Positions 61,089 to 64,000 of a DNA stretch of 64,000 nucleotides are shown piece by piece. Source of the stretch: a virus; the IMG/VR virus record IMGVR_UViG_3300022924_000018, positions 1-64,000 of that record. One strand, given 5' to 3'. The translations under genes were made by a program, and so were the position numbers. The notes under the pieces are model-generated. The model was not told the DNA's origin, did no database searches, and saw nothing but the letters and a program-made list of their open reading frames with translations. Numbering within the stretch: position 1 is the first letter of the stretch; every line of letters starts with the position of its first letter.

Positions 61089-63250
61089 TAGATACTAAGA
61101 AATTAATAAAGCCCGATGGAACTGTAGATTTATTTGGTTTCCCTCACTATCAAATGAGATTTACTGAAAAATCTCCAATATACCCATTGTACGGGTACGA
61201 GGCAATACTTCCAGAACCGCCACCAGATAACGAAATACTTAATTATGATTTACCCATTGAGCAACAAATATTTAGGCACGTCCATATTCCAAAGGATTTA
61301 AGTAAATGGAAGGAAAAGGATAAGGACGAGTTTATTGATGGTGAATATAATAGAAGATTCAATGGTATTTGGATTTTTATAAAGGGGCAAAAGTATTACA
61401 TAACAGGAGTATTCTATTTCTTTTTAAACTATTGGACTTCTACATCAGCACCTAAAATTCTTTTTAGAAAGCTTGATCTAGATTTTTTCATTATGTGGTT
61501 TTTAGTAGTTTATGACCCTAAATGTTATGGATTGCTTATAGCGAAATGTCGTCAGGTCGGCGAGACTGAAAAATCAATATGCATCATTTATGAATTTTCT
61601 ACACGTGTAAAGAAGGTTAAATGTCCAATGCAGTCTATTAACGAGACTGATATATATGAAAATGCTTATAAGAGAATACTTCACGCTCATAATGAAATGG
61701 TATTCTATATGAGGGCTTCTAATAGGGGTAGTGTTGACCCGAAAGATGGATTGTTTTTTGATTACCAAAGAGAAACCTTGTCTAAGGATAAGATGAAGAA
61801 AAACCAAGAGGAGCATGGAGCAGCGTCTATAATTAACGAAGATTATGAATATGACCCTTTAGATAGCTCTATTGTTTATGGCGCTACCAAACCTCACGTG
61901 TTTGGTACAGGTACATTTGGACGTTATTATATGGATGAATGGGGCAAGATGGAGCAGATGAATCCATTATACGCTTGGGGTGTTGTTAAGCAGGCTATGT
62001 ATAACAAAATGACTAATGAGATATTAGGTAAGGCATTGTTTACGTCAACTGTAGAAGAATTAAAAGGTGGAGAAACGCTTAGGATAGCTAAAATGATGTG
62101 GAATCAAAGTGACCCTAATAACAGAAAGACAAATGGTGAAACATTAACAGGTCTTTATAGGATTTTCAGAGGTAGCTTAGACGCTGCTCCAATTGATGCT
62201 TGGGGTTTTCCTAAAATGGAAGAGGCAAAAGAAAGAAACAAGAGTGAGATTTCAATGCGTATAGCTCAAGGAGATATAAAGGGTAAAATTGAATATATGC
62301 GTATGAATGCTGAAACTATTGACGATGTATTCCAAAACACAAACGAAGGAACTCAATTCGATTTAGAAAGATTAGCAAACAGACAGCATTATTTATTAAA
62401 CACAGCGCCAAAATCATTATGCGTAAGAGGCAACTTAAAATGGAAAGATGATATAAGAGATACGGAAGTAATTTGGGAGCCTAACACAAAAGGAAAATGG
62501 ATGATTTCAAAACACCCAAGCGATTTTGGATACGAAGCTAATGCCAAAGTAAGAGGGGTAATAGCTCCAAAGCCTGCAAATATTCAATTTTTCAAAGCAG
62601 GACTTGACCCTTATGACCAACAAACCACTAATGACCCTGAACCATCTTTAGGTGCAATAACCGTTAAGCGTGTTCTTGACGAATACATTGATGGTGCTGA
62701 AACTAACTACCATCAACAAAATGACCCTGATGGTAAGTATAGAATTGGCGACCCGATGGATTATGGATTTCACTTTCAGACGAACAGAATTGTTTGTGAC
62801 TATCTATACAGAGAAAATGACCCTAATGACTTCTTTGAAGACGTTATATTGACAATGGTATATTACGGTACAGACTTTTTACCTGAAAAGGATAAGTTTG
62901 GTGCTTGCCATAGTTACTTAAAAACAAGAGGTTATGAATTATATTTAATGGAGAAACCTACTGATAGAAAAAACTCAAAAGGACAAATTGAAAGAGAAGG
63001 AGTTTCGGCAACCATTGGCAATATTGATAGTTATTTCAGCTTTCTAATGACATTAACTGCTAAATGGGCTAACACAATCGACCATCCGAGGGTTATTGAA
63101 CAATTACTTAGTATGAACTGGCTTAATAGAGGTAAGCGTGATCTCGGAGTTTCAACAGGTTGGGCAGAGTTTGCTGCATCACAGCCTAAATCATCATTTA
63201 GAAAACAAATTCAAGAAGATATAAGACATTATGATGAATATGCAGTATAA
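61085..63250 (+). CDS. Terminase large subunit (crAss-like type)
   Basis: YFFLNYW, KCRQVG, YMDEWGK, STVEE, GETLTGLY, nuclease GLDPYD. Confidence 0.85.
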   Translation: MIDTKKLIKPDGTVDLFGFPHYQMRFTEKSPIYPLYGYEAILPEPPPDNEILNYDLPIEQQIFRHVHIPKDLSKWKEKDKDEFIDGEYNRRFNGIWIFIKGQKYYITGVFYFFLNYWTSTSAPKILFRKLDLDFFIMWFLVVYDPKCYGLLIAKCRQVGETEKSICIIYEFSTRVKKVKCPMQSINETDIYENAYKRILHAHNEMVFYMRASNRGSVDPKDGLFFDYQRETLSKDKMKKNQEEHGAASIINEDYEYDPLDSSIVYGATKPHVFGTGTFGRYYMDEWGKMEQMNPLYAWGVVKQAMYNKMTNEILGKALFTSTVEELKGGETLRIAKMMWNQSDPNNRKTNGETLTGLYRIFRGSLDAAPIDAWGFPKMEEAKERNKSEISMRIAQGDIKGKIEYMRMNAETIDDVFQNTNEGTQFDLERLANRQHYLLNTAPKSLCVRGNLKWKDDIRDTEVIWEPNTKGKWMISKHPSDFGYEANAKVRGVIAPKPANIQFFKAGLDPYDQQTTNDPEPSLGAITVKRVLDEYIDGAETNYHQQNDPDGKYRIGDPMDYGFHFQTNRIVCDYLYRENDPNDFFEDVILTMVYYGTDFLPEKDKFGACHSYLKTRGYELYLMEKPTDRKNSKGQIEREGVSATIGNIDSYFSFLMTLTAKWANTIDHPRVIEQLLSMNWLNRGKRDLGVSTGWAEFAASQPKSSFRKQIQEDIRHYDEYAV

Positions 63251-63881
63251 AATATCAATCATTCACCCAAGTCGTAACAGACTTGAACAGGCAGAGGAAA
63301 CCATCAAGCTTTGGTTAGATAACGCTAAAGACAAAAGTTCAATAGATTATACACTATCTGTTGACATAGATGATAAGTATTTAAAGCGATATAAGGCTTT
63401 ATCAGACAAGTACGGCACTAACATTCATATAGCTAAAAATAATTCAGCTATAGAGGCTATAAACAGGGCTACAAGAAGGTCTAAAGGAAATATAATTATA
63501 GTGGTAAGTGATGACTTTAACTGTGAACCTAATTGGGATGAAAAACTTTCAAAGGAGTTAGAGGGAAAAGAAGACTTTATAGTCAAGACTCAAGACGGAT
63601 TGCAGGAATGGATTATTACTTTACCGATAATGGATAGAAAGTATTATGAAAGGTTTGGTTATGTATATTACCCTAAGTACCAACATTTATTTTCTGATAC
63701 TGAAATGACAAGTGTCGCTGATTTAACAGGCAGAAAGATAACCTCACAGTTATTCTTTGAACACAGGCATTATTCTACAGGAAAATCAGAGAAGGATGCG
63801 GTAAATACCAAGAACGATTCTACATGGAATCAAGGCAAAAAACTATACAATCAACGAAAAGCAATTAACTTCGGATTATGA
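63240..63881 (+). CDS. Glycosyltransferase family 2-like
   Basis: ISIIHPSRNR, AINR, VVSDDF, FGYVYYP.Y..LFSDTE, FEHRH. Confidence 0.8.
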   Translation: MQYKISIIHPSRNRLEQAEETIKLWLDNAKDKSSIDYTLSVDIDDKYLKRYKALSDKYGTNIHIAKNNSAIEAINRATRRSKGNIIIVVSDDFNCEPNWDEKLSKELEGKEDFIVKTQDGLQEWIITLPIMDRKYYERFGYVYYPKYQHLFSDTEMTSVADLTGRKITSQLFFEHRHYSTGKSEKDAVNTKNDSTWNQGKKLYNQRKAINFGL

Positions 63882-64000
63882 TACTAAGCATACTCATAGC
63901 TACAATGCCTAAAAGAAAATGGAAGTTTAATAGACTTCTAAATTCTTTAGACTCTCAATTACCAATGAATGGAAGTGTAGAAATACTGTGGAATGATTCA
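63878..64000 (+). CDS. Glycosyltransferase family 2-like (partial)
   Basis: MILSILIATMPKR...RLLNSL..Q...VEIL; runs off window. Confidence 0.65.
   Translation, partial: MILSILIATMPKRKWKFNRLLNSLDSQLPMNGSVEILWNDS

Larger units (their letters stand above)
1..64000. mobile_element. Bacteroidota-type tailed phage genome segment (podovirus/crAss-like virion genes, lambdoid-like replication and recombination genes)
   Basis: Terminase, endolysin/holin/spanin, ERF, Gp157, initiator and helicase; dense small genes; no host housekeeping genes. Confidence 0.93.

Noticed and set aside
1-64000. Stop-codon reassignment as in some crAss-like phages
   Set aside because: Long genes are intact in code 11 and TAA, TAG and TGA all end genes
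1-64000. CRISPR or other regularly spaced repeat array; DGR, retron or reverse transcriptase
   Set aside because: No repeat-spacer periodicity seen in non-coding gaps and no RT motif in the ORF track (by eye only)

Overview
The whole window is an AT-rich tailed-phage genome segment, most likely infecting Bacteroidota. Evidence: TAnnTTTG -7 promoter boxes, little obvious Shine-Dalgarno signal, a DUF3127-type SSB, and signal peptides followed by Gln. No host genes or integrase are visible. There are three blocks. (1) 1-24664 (+): podovirus/crAss-like tail stabilisation ('muzzle') genes, putative ejected/cargo proteins including a ~2000-aa protein probably made by a +1 frameshift, fibre-like proteins, a small-peptide plus membrane-protein cluster, a beta-helix protein and a lysis cassette (muramidase, holin, spanin). 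(2) 24679-49356 (-): a long early arm of small genes with ERF, Gp157, RuvC-like, SSB, YopX, NUMOD4-HNH and UDG-like genes, plus several structured non-coding elements. (3) 49975-64000 (+): RepL-like, NinB-like, HTH, replication initiator with iterons, DnaB-like helicase, HNH, glycosyltransferases, GroES-like protein and large terminase. The best novelty candidates are: two paralogous cassettes of promoter + ~140-nt leader with a conserved pseudoknot-type topology but different stem sequences + TTG-started 257-aa double-HTH gene; two aberrant tRNA-like RNAs; an unannotated 48-aa two-Cys peptide heading a membrane-protein cluster; and fibre-like proteins with Sec signal peptides. All family assignments come from motif recognition by eye, not database searches.
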